Shown: positions 21,504 to 31,781 of the stretch, piece after piece | Position numbering within the stretch: position 1 is the first letter of the stretch | Layout of the letters: the number at the start of each line of letters is the position of its first letter | NCBI GenBank assembly: GCA_017656425.1 | Contig: JACDNV010000003.1 | Span: forward strand, 164,212-228,211 | Origin: Fidelibacterota bacterium | GTDB lineage: Bacteria > Fidelibacterota > UBA2242 > B5-G15 | Direction of reading: 5' to 3' | DNA: 64,000 nucleotides | Made by a program: the position numbers and the translations under genes | The notes under the pieces: generated by a model | Databases searched by the model: none | Seen by the model: the letters and a program-made list of their open reading frames with translations, nothing else | What the model was told of the DNA's origin: nothing

Positions 21504-22274
21504 ATGAAAAAAATTTTAAATCTAGTCTACCTTATTTTGTTTCTAATTGTCACAAGAACCTTGTGTCAATATAATGATGTATATCCCCAACCGGTAAATC
21601 TAATTACAAATCCCACAGCTGGTACTATACCGCGTGGTTCATACCTAATAGAAACAAGATTATTTAAATCAGGGGGCATAACAGCAGGAATCTACGTTGG
21701 ATTAACTACAAGGTTCATGTTTGGAATTTCATATGGTGGAAACAATATAATTGGCGATAGCTCAGTTAATCTATATGAGCAACCTGGAATAGAACTAAAA
21801 TATAGAGTTATAGAAGAAAAACAAAACGTTCCGGCAATACTTATAGGATTTACTTCTCAAGGATACGGAAAATACGACAGAACATTGGACAGATATGAGA
21901 CAAAGGCAAAGGGGTTTTATATAGTTGCAAGTAAAAATTATCGATTTCTTGGCAATACGGGGTTCCACTTTGGTATAAATTATAACAATTTAGAAATAAA
22001 AGATAATGATAAAGACCCATCTTTCTTCTGTGGAATTGATAAAGAAATTAATCCAGAGTTAACTCTCATGGTAGAATACGATGCAGCTCTAAACGACAAT
22101 GAAACCAATGAAATTAATTTTGGAAAGGGAAAAGGATATCTAAATGCTGGGATAAGATGGACTTTTGTACAAAAATTTCACTTGGAATTGGACTTTAATA
22201 ACATTTTACTCAACAGAAGAAATGTCGAGTATTTTTCAAGAGAAATTAAAATCACATTCATTGAATTTTTCTAA
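21504..22274 (+). CDS. Outer-membrane beta-barrel protein (YjbH-domain-like)
   Basis: Signal peptide, LITNPTAGTIPRG, amphipathic strands, terminal Phe. Confidence 0.65.
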   Translation: MKKILNLVYLILFLIVTRTLCQYNDVYPQPVNLITNPTAGTIPRGSYLIETRLFKSGGITAGIYVGLTTRFMFGISYGGNNIIGDSSVNLYEQPGIELKYRVIEEKQNVPAILIGFTSQGYGKYDRTLDRYETKAKGFYIVASKNYRFLGNTGFHFGINYNNLEIKDNDKDPSFFCGIDKEINPELTLMVEYDAALNDNETNEINFGKGKGYLNAGIRWTFVQKFHLELDFNNILLNRRNVEYFSREIKITFIEFF

Positions 22275-22294
22275 AAAATAAAAGTGGAATTAAT

Positions 22295-23065
22295 ATGAAA
22301 ACTAAAAAGATTTTAACCGTACCAACACTTATATTTTTACTTTCCATACTGGTTTTTGCTACTAGTGATAACCTAAAAGAAATTATTTCAAAAGCCGATT
22401 ACCTTGATGATCAAAAGCTTTATCAAGAAGAGTTAAAAATATTAAAAAAAGCACATGACTCCTACAAGGACTCCCCTGAAATACTCTGGCGATTAGCAAG
22501 GGCACATTTTAACATAGCAGATCAAAATTCCGATGATTTAGATCTACAAAAGGAAAATCTCTATCCAGGCTTTGAATACGCCAAAAAATGTATCGAAATT
22601 GATAAGAATTCCGCTGGTGGGCACAAGTATTATGCAATACTAATTGGCAGAATTGGTGAAATTGAAGGTACAAAACAAAAAATCACAAACTCCTACGCAG
22701 TCAAAGAGCATGCTCTAATCGCTATTAAACTCGATCCCACTGACGATGCCAACTATCATCTCATGGGGAGGTGGCACTACGCTCTTTCAGATCTGAGCTG
22801 GATTGAAAGGCAGATTGCTACTGTTGTATATGGGAAACTTCCAAAGGCAAGCTTTGAGGAAGCTGAATTCTTCTTCAAAAAGGCACACGAACTTGCCCCG
22901 GATGATCCAAGACACCTTCTATGGCTTGGTAAGACTCAGTTAAAACTTGGTAAAAAAGAGGAAGCAAAAAAAGCTTTTGAAATGATAACGAAAATAAAAC
23001 CAAAATCGGACTCAGAAAAAAGGAGCATAAAAGAAGCAAGTGAGTTATTAAAAAAGATAAGATAA
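22295..23065 (+). CDS. Secreted TPR protein, RMDN-like
   Basis: Signal peptide; ILWRLARA, GHKYYAILIG, AIKLDP, HLMGRWHY, SWIER. Confidence 0.75.
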   Translation: MKTKKILTVPTLIFLLSILVFATSDNLKEIISKADYLDDQKLYQEELKILKKAHDSYKDSPEILWRLARAHFNIADQNSDDLDLQKENLYPGFEYAKKCIEIDKNSAGGHKYYAILIGRIGEIEGTKQKITNSYAVKEHALIAIKLDPTDDANYHLMGRWHYALSDLSWIERQIATVVYGKLPKASFEEAEFFFKKAHELAPDDPRHLLWLGKTQLKLGKKEEAKKAFEMITKIKPKSDSEKRSIKEASELLKKIR

Positions 23066-23465
23066 TTCCAACTTTTTTAAATATAAGTTCTTATAAAATT
23101 AATTCAGATTAAAATAATTTTTTTGTTACATGTACTGCTTCTTTGATAAACTTAAAATGAATGATTTAACAATTTATTATTAATCTAAATAGGCAAACAG
23201 GTTATCACAATTAGAAAATATCAGTTAATGACAAAGTGATTTGCTATGCAAAACAAAAGGACTATATAAATTAACCATTACACGTTCTTACTTAATTCAC
23301 TTACTCTACGTAAATAGCTTCGTCCACATATGCTTGACCTACAACAATCCGATAAAATTAGTAAATTGATTAATTTTTAAAATAAGTATCGGGTAATCAA
23401 AATGATTAGTATGCTTACCCATGCTTCTAAAAATTCCGATATAATAAAAAAGTCATAAAAATATT

Positions 23466-23494
23466 TTGCATTATTTGGTATACCTAATTATATT
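23466..23494 (+). promoter_or_regulatory. Sigma70-like promoter with a DtxR-family-like operator in the spacer
   Basis: TTGCAT-17-TATATT; TTTGGTATACCTAA (23474-23487) is one mismatch from the palindrome TTAGGTATACCTAA. Confidence 0.6.
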
Positions 23495-23524
23495 ATGCAT
23501 GCTTATTATAATGAGGGAAATCTT

Positions 23525-24277
23525 ATGAACATTTCAAGCTCACTACAAGATTACCTAAAATTTATATATGAAATATCTCAACAAAAAAAATATGCACGGA
23601 TTAAAGACATAGCTCGACTGAAAAAGGTTAGTATGCCCTCTGCAACCGAAGCTATGAGAAAACTATCAAAACTCGGACTGATACAATACCATGCCTATGA
23701 ATTTATTCAACTCACAGAAAAGGGTGAAAACATGGCTCATTACATGTTTAGTCTTCAAAATTTTCTGGTGAAATTTTTAAAAGAAATCTTGGGTATCGAT
23801 AAAGAAAAGGCAGAGAGCGAAGCATGCAAGCTAGAACACTGCCTAGAATCTGAAACTCTCGAAAGGCTTGTCCTTCTTTATCAATACATAATATCATGTC
23901 CTAAAACCGATAAATCATTTATCAAAGGATTCAAAGAATGCATAGCTTCCACTGTAATCGGATCCAGTGTCTCTGATTTCTGCAAGGATTGTTTTGTAAA
24001 AACCAAATTCCCACATTACATAAAAAATGGCAAACTGAAACATATACTTTTAAAAGACATGAAACCGGGAGAACATGGGAATATTATAATGATTGGTCCG
24101 GACTCCAATATTAGAAAAAAGATACTTAAAAAAGGCATATTCCCAGCTAACAAAGTTGAAATGGTACATGTGGATAACAAGAAAGACCTATTTTGCATAA
24201 ATATAGAGGGATACCAGACTTCAATATCTAAAGTCGAAGCAACAAATATGGAGGTAGAAATTGAAAAAGAAACTTAA
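23525..24277 (+). CDS. DtxR/MntR family metal-dependent repressor with C-terminal FeoA domain
   Basis: DYLK, ARIKDIA...VSMPSATEAM HTH, EACKLEH, FeoA-like tail; ATG at 23525 follows GAGGGA. Confidence 0.9.
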   Translation: MNISSSLQDYLKFIYEISQQKKYARIKDIARLKKVSMPSATEAMRKLSKLGLIQYHAYEFIQLTEKGENMAHYMFSLQNFLVKFLKEILGIDKEKAESEACKLEHCLESETLERLVLLYQYIISCPKTDKSFIKGFKECIASTVIGSSVSDFCKDCFVKTKFPHYIKNGKLKHILLKDMKPGEHGNIIMIGPDSNIRKKILKKGIFPANKVEMVHVDNKKDLFCINIEGYQTSISKVEATNMEVEIEKET

Positions 24278-25169
24278 TATTTTAATGATTCTGCCCTTAG
24301 TAATTTCAATAATTGAAACAGATATCTATTCCTATGAGCATAACAATTTGATAACCGGATTTTTTGACATAAAAACGGCATACAAATTCAATCAGAAAAA
24401 ATCAGAAGAGTTCAACATTGGCTCATTAGAAATCGACTTCGAGGGTAGATTTTCCAGCTCGTTATCTTACGAGGCAGCTATTGTGTATCAAGGTGAATTG
24501 TTATCTCTGGGGCAGACTATAGCGAAATTTAATATATTTAAGGAATATATGGCAATTCAGATAGGAAATTTTGATGTTCCTTTTGGAATCGACTGGAAAT
24601 ATTACTCTACACCCGACAGATTTTTTATATCTCAACCAGTGACAACAGATTCATTGCTGAACGGTGGATGGACAGAAACAGGTATAAATTTCACAGGTAA
24701 GGCCAAATATCTTGAATATCAAATATTCATTGTAAATAAGTCCCCGTTAAAAGAATGTGTTTATGGATTACCTGATAGTAGGAAAACTTTAGGAGGGAGA
24801 CTATCTTTTAATTTTGCAAAGTTCATCAATATTGGATACTCTATCGTGATAACTGAATACTCTAATAAGCCATTAACTGGTTATGAGTTTTCATCAAGTT
24901 CAAATAATTATAAAATACAGTTTGAATTTCTCCATACTGAGATGGAAAAGGCATTTCATCTTGACGTAATAAAGAAAATTGGTAGTCTATATTCAGCAGG
25001 AATAAGGTATAATTCGTATACTTTATCAGGTAATAATTCACAAAAAGTCGACCTCTTATCAAAGATTGATATGAAAGATAATATGTCAATCAAGCTGGAA
25101 TATCAGATCATTTATAATAAACTATCAAATTACAATCAACTGGCTTGCCAGATAGTAGTTAGTTTCTAA
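24261..25169 (+). CDS. Putative outer-membrane porin in a metal-uptake operon
   Basis: Signal peptide, GNFDVPFG, alternating beta strands, terminal QIVVSF. Confidence 0.7.
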   Translation: MKKKLNILMILPLVISIIETDIYSYEHNNLITGFFDIKTAYKFNQKKSEEFNIGSLEIDFEGRFSSSLSYEAAIVYQGELLSLGQTIAKFNIFKEYMAIQIGNFDVPFGIDWKYYSTPDRFFISQPVTTDSLLNGGWTETGINFTGKAKYLEYQIFIVNKSPLKECVYGLPDSRKTLGGRLSFNFAKFINIGYSIVITEYSNKPLTGYEFSSSSNNYKIQFEFLHTEMEKAFHLDVIKKIGSLYSAGIRYNSYTLSGNNSQKVDLLSKIDMKDNMSIKLEYQIIYNKLSNYNQLACQIVVSF

Positions 25170-25188
25170 AGCGAAGGAAAATACCTAT

Positions 25189-25434
25189 ATGCATAAAATA
25201 GTTCCTTTAACAGAATTAAAAGATAATGAATATGGAAGGGTTGTGGATGTTATAGGAGGTCATGGGCTTGTAAGGAATCTTGAAGCAATGGGAATCTTCC
25301 CGGGAGTAAAGATTAAAGCTAAATCTCGACAATTCAAAGCAGGCCCTATCGTTATTTCCATTGGTAATACTCAGATAGCAATTGGATATGGTATGGCAAG
25401 AAAAATATTAGTAGAACCAATTAAAGAAGGATAA
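25189..25434 (+). CDS. feoA: Ferrous iron transport protein A
   Basis: LEAMGIFPG, GPIVI, IAIGYGMARKILV. Confidence 0.93.
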   Translation: MHKIVPLTELKDNEYGRVVDVIGGHGLVRNLEAMGIFPGVKIKAKSRQFKAGPIVISIGNTQIAIGYGMARKILVEPIKEG

Positions 25435-25437
25435 AAT

Positions 25438-27177
25438 ATGGTAAAAGATATAAAAAGAATTTTGCTGATGGGAAATCCAAATGTTGGAAAAAGTGCTATA
25501 TTCTCGAGGTTAACAGGCATACACGTAGTAACATCAAACTATTCAGGAACTACAGTAGAATTTACAGAAGGCAACATTAAAATCAATGGAACAATGGCAA
25601 AAGTAATCGATGTCCCTGGCGTCTACACTCTGGAACCTACGACAAAGGCTGAAGAAGTCGCACTAAAAATCCTTGAAGACACAATTAGAGATTTTAAGGA
25701 TAAATTCATAGTAATTAATGTTGTTGATGCAACGAACCTTGAAAGAAACCTCAATCTAACACTCCAGCTAATAAATAAAGATGTCCCAATGGTCGTGGCT
25801 TTAAATTTCTGGGACGAGACGAAACATAAGGGTATCGAAATAGATGTAAAAAAACTTGAAGAAAAAATAAGTATACCCATAATACCAACATGCGCAATTT
25901 CTGGAGAAGGGATAAAGAGACTGGTTGATAAATTAAAAGAGGCAAAGGTAAGTAACATAAAGGTAAAAGAGGAAAATAAATGGGAAATAATAGGTAGAAT
26001 CATAAATGATGTGCAAAAATTATATCACCATCATCACACATTTTTAGAAAGATTTTCTGAGATAACTATAAGACCGGCAACAGGAATACCATTCGCTATA
26101 TTAACGTTAGCTGTTACTTTCGGGCTAATAAGATTCATAGGTGAAGGTCTTATCAGGCTTATATTTGATCCTCTTTTTGAAAATATATGGGCACCCATCA
26201 TTATGAAACTATCAGGACTCATAGGATCATCTGGATTTATCCATGATATTCTAATAGGGCAGCTAATAGATGGTAATATAGATTTTTCCGAATCCTTTGG
26301 TCTATTAACAACAGGATTATACGTACCTATTGCAGCTGTTTTACCATATGTATTTGCCTTTTACCTTGCACTATCACTACTTGAAGACTCGGGTTACCTA
26401 CCTCGCCTCGCTGTACTTGTTGACAGAGGTATGCACAGGGTAGGTCTACATGGATACGGAATAATCCCAACGATTTTAGGATTCGGATGTAATGTACCTG
26501 GTGCTTTATCCACAAGAGTACTACAAAGCAAAAGGGAAAGATTCCTTGCCGCAACACTAATGGCTATAGCCGTCCCATGTGCTGCACAGACCGCAATGAT
26601 AATTGGACTGGTTGGAAAATACGGAATTGTGGGAATAGGAGGTGTATTCCTCACACTCTTTTTAGTGTGGCTTTCACTTGGGACTATTTTAAAGAGACTA
26701 CTTAAAGGTCCTGCTCCAGAACTCTTTATAGAAATCCCACCATACAGATTGCCCTATTTTAAAGCCACATTAAAAAAGGTTTGGATGAGAATCCTGTATT
26801 TTATTAAGGAAGCACTCCCATGGGTTCTATTTGGAGTATTTATTGCAAACCTCCTCTACATTTCAGGAATAGTTAACTTCCTTGGGAAAATTGTAAGACC
26901 CGTTATTACAGGAATGTTTGGCCTGCCTAAAGAAACTGTAACTGCATTGATAGTAGGTTTTTTAAGAAAAGATGTCGCCGTTGGAATGCTGCTTCCTCTA
27001 AATCTAAACCTGAAACAGTCAATAATAGCAAGCGTCATACTTACAATGTATTTTCCATGCGTTGCAACGTTTACAGTACTACTAAAAGAATTTGGTATAA
27101 AGGGAATGATTAAAGCCACATTAATAATGATAGTGTCAACGTTTATTACTGGATCTCTATTGCACCTTATACTGTAG
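25438..27177 (+). CDS. feoB: Ferrous iron transporter B (compact form)
   Basis: GNPNVGKS, GTTVE, DVPG, VDATNLERNL, LEDSGYLPR, GFGCNVP, YFPCVAT. Confidence 0.95.
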   Translation: MVKDIKRILLMGNPNVGKSAIFSRLTGIHVVTSNYSGTTVEFTEGNIKINGTMAKVIDVPGVYTLEPTTKAEEVALKILEDTIRDFKDKFIVINVVDATNLERNLNLTLQLINKDVPMVVALNFWDETKHKGIEIDVKKLEEKISIPIIPTCAISGEGIKRLVDKLKEAKVSNIKVKEENKWEIIGRIINDVQKLYHHHHTFLERFSEITIRPATGIPFAILTLAVTFGLIRFIGEGLIRLIFDPLFENIWAPIIMKLSGLIGSSGFIHDILIGQLIDGNIDFSESFGLLTTGLYVPIAAVLPYVFAFYLALSLLEDSGYLPRLAVLVDRGMHRVGLHGYGIIPTILGFGCNVPGALSTRVLQSKRERFLAATLMAIAVPCAAQTAMIIGLVGKYGIVGIGGVFLTLFLVWLSLGTILKRLLKGPAPELFIEIPPYRLPYFKATLKKVWMRILYFIKEALPWVLFGVFIANLLYISGIVNFLGKIVRPVITGMFGLPKETVTALIVGFLRKDVAVGMLLPLNLNLKQSIIASVILTMYFPCVATFTVLLKEFGIKGMIKATLIMIVSTFITGSLLHLIL

Positions 27178-27179
27178 CT

Positions 27180-28208
27180 TTATAATCCCAATAACATCAA
27201 TAGAAAACCAAATGATAACCCGATAGCAAAATTTACCAATTTAACACCAAGAAACACTCTCCTTGAATGAGCCAGTACTGGCAACATCCCATGACCATCC
27301 TGAACAATAGAACTTGCAAGCAAAACGCTAAAAGGAATATTTCCTTGAATATATAGTGTAACAAAAATAATATGTGGACCGGATTCAGGAACTAAACCTA
27401 CTAGACTTGCGATCAAAAGAACAATATATTTATTTGACTGTATCCATTCCTGTATATTAAGTCTGTGAACAATCAGCTCAACAAATATCAGAGCCCCAAG
27501 TGTCCAAAGGAAAAGTCTTGGTATGTGCTTTTTAAGTATATGTTCCCAAATATGCTCTTTTAAAAAGTGATCCGATGCAAGTACGCTGATTAACGTAGCA
27601 ATTCCGATAACAATAATAATCGTAATTCTCACCCAATTCCATTCTTCAGGTCCTATAAATCCAAAAGCAACCAGCAGAAGTGAAAATATATTTAAAACCA
27701 TTAAGAGAAATCTTTCAAAGTTTATACTCTTTAGCTGAGGTAATACGAGCCTTAAAGAAAAATATTCAAACTTATCCTCATGTATTTCCATACAATCGCA
27801 TTTAAAAAACTTCTTTTGTTTTTCTTTAAGTAATAAATCAACTAAAAAACCTGAAGGTAAACTTACCAAAAAAAGGATTAGGATAATAACAAGTCCTTTT
27901 TGCGGCGATAATGCAAGTAAAATAAACGTTTCATCACCCATCGTTGCAATCATTGTAGTAATAAGCGCACCAATTGAGATAATATTATGAGCGTAAAGAG
28001 AAACGGCTGTAAATGAACCCAAACATCCTGGGATAGCACCCAGTAAGGCACCGATTATATACTGTCTATTCCTTCTCCTACCAAGTATCTTACCCCAGTT
28101 GCCCTTGGTCTGAATGTTCAAAAATTCGATAATTAGCATCATTGAGAATACAAAAATGGTAATAAGAATTGAATCGTACAGAATTTTTAACATCATGAAA
28201 CCTACCAT
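27180..28208 (-). CDS. Putative heavy-metal (manganese) exporter, DUF2899/ArsP_2-like
   Basis: Multi-TM; GAIPGCLG, IATMGDE, HFLKEHIWEH, GLVPESGPH, SSIVQDGHGMLP. Confidence 0.75.
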   Translation of the reverse strand: MVGFMMLKILYDSILITIFVFSMMLIIEFLNIQTKGNWGKILGRRRNRQYIIGALLGAIPGCLGSFTAVSLYAHNIISIGALITTMIATMGDETFILLALSPQKGLVIILILFLVSLPSGFLVDLLLKEKQKKFFKCDCMEIHEDKFEYFSLRLVLPQLKSINFERFLLMVLNIFSLLLVAFGFIGPEEWNWVRITIIIVIGIATLISVLASDHFLKEHIWEHILKKHIPRLFLWTLGALIFVELIVHRLNIQEWIQSNKYIVLLIASLVGLVPESGPHIIFVTLYIQGNIPFSVLLASSIVQDGHGMLPVLAHSRRVFLGVKLVNFAIGLSFGFLLMLLGL

Positions 28209-28360
28209 TTAATAACAACAACATAATTTAAAACCAGAAATAATTAATTCAACTATAATTAACATACCAAATAAACCATATATATTATATATTATACTTT
28301 AATATTATACCACATATTGATTCTGTTAATTTTATTATAAATATTTGTATATTTGTCATC

Positions 28361-29194
28361 TTGATTTTAACTTTAAATATGTGTATTAATTTCCAAAAAT
28401 TAATAAAAGGAGAGAGGTATTCCCAAACAATAAACTATATAAAGAGTAGAATTAATACTTTACCAAAAATATCTATTATACTCGGATCAGGGCTTGGGAT
28501 AATCGAAAATCAGATAAATGAAAAAATCTCGGTTGATATGAAAGATATTCCATACTATCCTGTTCCAACTGTAAGCGGGCACCATGGAAAAATAGTGTTT
28601 GGCAAAATGGGGAATAAGAATGTGATGGCGATATTTGGAAGGTCTCACTATTATGAAGGAATTGGACTTGAAAAGGTAGTATTGCCAATTTTACTTCTGT
28701 ATAAATTAGATATAAAAAAGGTGATAATAACCAATGCGGCAGGAGCTGTGAATCCGAATTTTAGGATTGGTGACTTAGTTTTACTAAATGGATACATAAA
28801 TTTCACTCAGCTGAATATCTTTAAAAATAACTGGGAAAAATCAATACAAAATCCTTTTTCATTATCGCTTAACAATAAAATTGTACAATCTAATCTGCCT
28901 GTGAAACCCAAAACAGGAACATATTGCTGGACAACTGGCCCAAGTTATGAATCTCCTGCTGAAGTAAAATTTATAAGATATCTCGGTGGTGACCTCGTTG
29001 GTATGTCAACCATCCCTGAAGCATTTATGGCAAAAAGACTCGGATTGGATGTTATAGGAATTAGCTTTGTCTCAAACCTTGCCGTAGGTCTTGCTGAAAA
29101 ACCGTTATCTCATAAAGAGGTAAAAAAGTCTGTATTATCTAATAAAGAGAACTTTAGCATCTTTATATACAAAGTTGTAACAGAAATACTTTAA
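28361..29194 (+). CDS. Purine-nucleoside phosphorylase, trimeric type (start uncertain)
   Basis: ILGSGLG, GRSHYYEG, TNAAG, GPSYESPAE, VGMSTIPE, VSNLA. Confidence 0.9.
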   Translation: MILTLNMCINFQKLIKGERYSQTINYIKSRINTLPKISIILGSGLGIIENQINEKISVDMKDIPYYPVPTVSGHHGKIVFGKMGNKNVMAIFGRSHYYEGIGLEKVVLPILLLYKLDIKKVIITNAAGAVNPNFRIGDLVLLNGYINFTQLNIFKNNWEKSIQNPFSLSLNNKIVQSNLPVKPKTGTYCWTTGPSYESPAEVKFIRYLGGDLVGMSTIPEAFMAKRLGLDVIGISFVSNLAVGLAEKPLSHKEVKKSVLSNKENFSIFIYKVVTEIL

Positions 29195-29339
29195 AGTGTC
29201 AACTATTATAATATTTGTATATGTTCTTTTCAATTCTCTTTCCCCTTTCGTAATAATTGTTTAATATTTAATTGCTAATTGAAAGAATATTCTAAAAAGT
29301 TCACATAAATGGCAGGGACTTTTTAATAAATGAGTAAAT

Positions 29340-29840
29340 ATGAGCATAGAATATATCTTCAAAAGAAGAAGCATCAGAAAATATCTAAAAAAAGACGTGG
29401 AAACTGAAAAAATCGAACTAATATTAAAAGCTGGAATGTCAGCACCGTCAGCACATAACATCCGACCATGGCAATTTATTGTCATTAAAAAAAGAAATAC
29501 TCTTGATAAAATAGCCGAATTCCATCCACACGGAAAAATGCTCTCCCAGTCACCAATGGCTATCGCTGTATGTGGTGAACACGAAAAATCAACAGATTTC
29601 TGGGTACAGGATTGTGCCGCAGCTACTGAAAACATGCTATTGAGTCTACCAGCTTTAGGTCTGGGCGGTGTATGGATCGGCGTTTATCCAAACCACCATG
29701 AAAATAAAGAAATATTAGATTTAATAGGCATTCCAAAACATATAACACTATTCTCAATTATATCAATAGGTTATCCAGATGAAGAAAAACCGCCCAAAGC
29801 ACTATATGAAGAATCAAAGATTCACTACGAAAAATGGTGA
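29340..29840 (+). CDS. Nitroreductase family protein
   Basis: RRSIRKY, APSAHNIRPWQF, DCAAATENMLL, GLGGVWIG, IGYP. Confidence 0.93.
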   Translation: MSIEYIFKRRSIRKYLKKDVETEKIELILKAGMSAPSAHNIRPWQFIVIKKRNTLDKIAEFHPHGKMLSQSPMAIAVCGEHEKSTDFWVQDCAAATENMLLSLPALGLGGVWIGVYPNHHENKEILDLIGIPKHITLFSIISIGYPDEEKPPKALYEESKIHYEKW

Positions 29841-29846
29841 AGCATA

Positions 29847-30782
29847 ATGATTGGGTTTATATACTTAATAGTTGGCGTACTTCTCCTTTATTATGGAGCA
29901 GAATATTTGATTAAAGGAGGCTCCTCGATAGCATTAGCCGCAGGAGTAAAAAAGATTGTTATTGGACTGACAGTGGTTGCTTTTGGAACTTCTTTACCGG
30001 AATTTGTCGTAAGTTTTTTTTCAGCTTTAAAAAAGGTGGATAGTGTTTGTGTTGGTAATGTTATTGGAAGTAATATTATAAATATATTACTTGTTCTTGG
30101 CATAGCATCCATTATAAGACCTATAAATTCATCAAGACGTGTAATTACTCTTGACATCCCGTTTTTACTATTTTTAACCCTTTTATTTATATTTATTTCA
30201 AGAGATGGCAAGCTTTCAAGAATCGACGGGGTAATACTATTTGCTATTTTTCTTACATATATGATATACATATTATCGAGAAGGAAAAGTGAAAACTTAG
30301 CTGACATCGATCATAATACAAAAGGTAATACTTTAAAATATATAATTTTTACTATGGGAGGATTACTTGGATTGATTATAGGAGGTAATTTCACGGTAAG
30401 AGGAGCAGTTAAGGTAGCGCAGCTTTTTGGAATACCGGAGCTATTTATAGGTCTTACAATAGTAGCACTCGGAACATCACTACCAGAACTTTTTACAAGT
30501 ATCCTCGCAATAATAAGAAAAGAACAGGACATCTCTCTTGGCAACATAATAGGAAGTAATTTATTCAACATTGCCTTTATACTTGGCTTTATTGCAATTT
30601 TCAACCCAATAAAAGTCGAACTTTCTGTAATTAAGTTTGACAACCTATTTATGTTATCTATAACAATTCTACTTGCAATCTTTCTTTACACTGGGGGAAA
30701 AATATCCCGGTTTGAAGGGATCATATTTGTTTTAATATACTTCTTATATGTCAGCAAATTAATAGTAGAAGTAACTGGATAA
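29847..30782 (+). CDS. Calcium/sodium antiporter (CaCA, YrbG-like)
   Basis: Two alpha repeats GTSLPE...GNxIGSN. Confidence 0.93.
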   Translation: MIGFIYLIVGVLLLYYGAEYLIKGGSSIALAAGVKKIVIGLTVVAFGTSLPEFVVSFFSALKKVDSVCVGNVIGSNIINILLVLGIASIIRPINSSRRVITLDIPFLLFLTLLFIFISRDGKLSRIDGVILFAIFLTYMIYILSRRKSENLADIDHNTKGNTLKYIIFTMGGLLGLIIGGNFTVRGAVKVAQLFGIPELFIGLTIVALGTSLPELFTSILAIIRKEQDISLGNIIGSNLFNIAFILGFIAIFNPIKVELSVIKFDNLFMLSITILLAIFLYTGGKISRFEGIIFVLIYFLYVSKLIVEVTG

Positions 30783-30793
30783 ATGGTTAAGGT

Positions 30794-31588
30794 ATGATAA
30801 TTGGCGTTTATCAATTTTCACCGAGATGGGCAGATGTAGATTACAACCTGTCAAGAATTACCGAGACACTATTTAAATATAAAGATGTGGACCTGTGGGT
30901 GCTCCCTGAGTTATGCACAACCGGATATTATTTCGAAAATATCAAAAAGATGGAGGAATTAGCTGAATTTTTCCCTAAGGGGAAAACATCCAAAGTAATG
31001 CTTGAAACTACCAGAAATATAAAAACATCAGTTATAATGGGAGTAATGGAAAAGCTTGGTGATAGATATTTCAACAGTGCTGCGGTATTTAGCAAAGGTA
31101 ATTTTATAGGTATTTACAGAAAAATTCATCTTTTTAATACTGAAAAAGAAATTTTTGCTCCGGGATTCGAATATCCGCAGGTATTTACCATAGATGATGT
31201 AAAAATTGGTGTGATGATATGTTTTGACTGGATTTTTCCAGAAGTCACACGGTCCCTTGCGCTAAGTGGTGCTATGATAATAGCACATCCTGCAAATCTT
31301 GTATTACCATATTGTCAGAACGCTATGACAACACGCAGTATTGAAAACCGTGTTTTCACTGTTACGGCAAACAGAGTAGGAATGGAAATAATCGGGAAAA
31401 AATCATATCTGAAATTCACTGGAAAGAGCCAAGTAACAAGTCCCGACGGCAAAGTACTTGGTTCTCTATCTGATAAAGAGGAAAATGTTCTCATAGTAGA
31501 AATAGATCCGGAGGAAGCTCTTGATAAAAACATTACAGAGAATAACAACCTATTCGAAGACAGACATCCTGACCTGTATAGATTATGA
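30794..31588 (+). CDS. Carbon-nitrogen hydrolase (nitrilase superfamily)
   Basis: LPELCTTGY, YRKIHLF, MICFDWIFPE (E-K-C triad). Confidence 0.93.
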   Translation: MIIGVYQFSPRWADVDYNLSRITETLFKYKDVDLWVLPELCTTGYYFENIKKMEELAEFFPKGKTSKVMLETTRNIKTSVIMGVMEKLGDRYFNSAAVFSKGNFIGIYRKIHLFNTEKEIFAPGFEYPQVFTIDDVKIGVMICFDWIFPEVTRSLALSGAMIIAHPANLVLPYCQNAMTTRSIENRVFTVTANRVGMEIIGKKSYLKFTGKSQVTSPDGKVLGSLSDKEENVLIVEIDPEEALDKNITENNNLFEDRHPDLYRL

Positions 31589-31728
31589 TATATCAATAAG
31601 GAAGAATGGTTCTAATAAAAATTCAATCTAATTACCATGTAATGATGTAGAAAGAACTGCTATAAAAAGGAGATATATTTATAATTCTATCGTTGTCGCT
31701 GTATTATTATTGACATCTTTAATAATTC

Positions 31729-31757
31729 TTGTTTTTAGATAACCTTAAGATTAAATT
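31729..31757 (+). promoter_or_regulatory. Sigma70-like promoter for parA
   Basis: TTGTTT-17-TAAATT. Confidence 0.4.
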
Positions 31758-31781
31758 TTTCTGGTATTGATATTTTTTGAA

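Noticed and set aside
23066..23460. Long AT-rich intergenic region as sRNA, riboswitch or oriC
   Set aside because: Only a weak GGGTAA...TTACCC pairing; no recognisable RNA motif, DnaA-box cluster or credible ORF.
26506..26514. Perfect DnaA box TTATCCACA
   Set aside because: Single copy inside feoB; no cluster, so no support for oriC despite parAB nearby.
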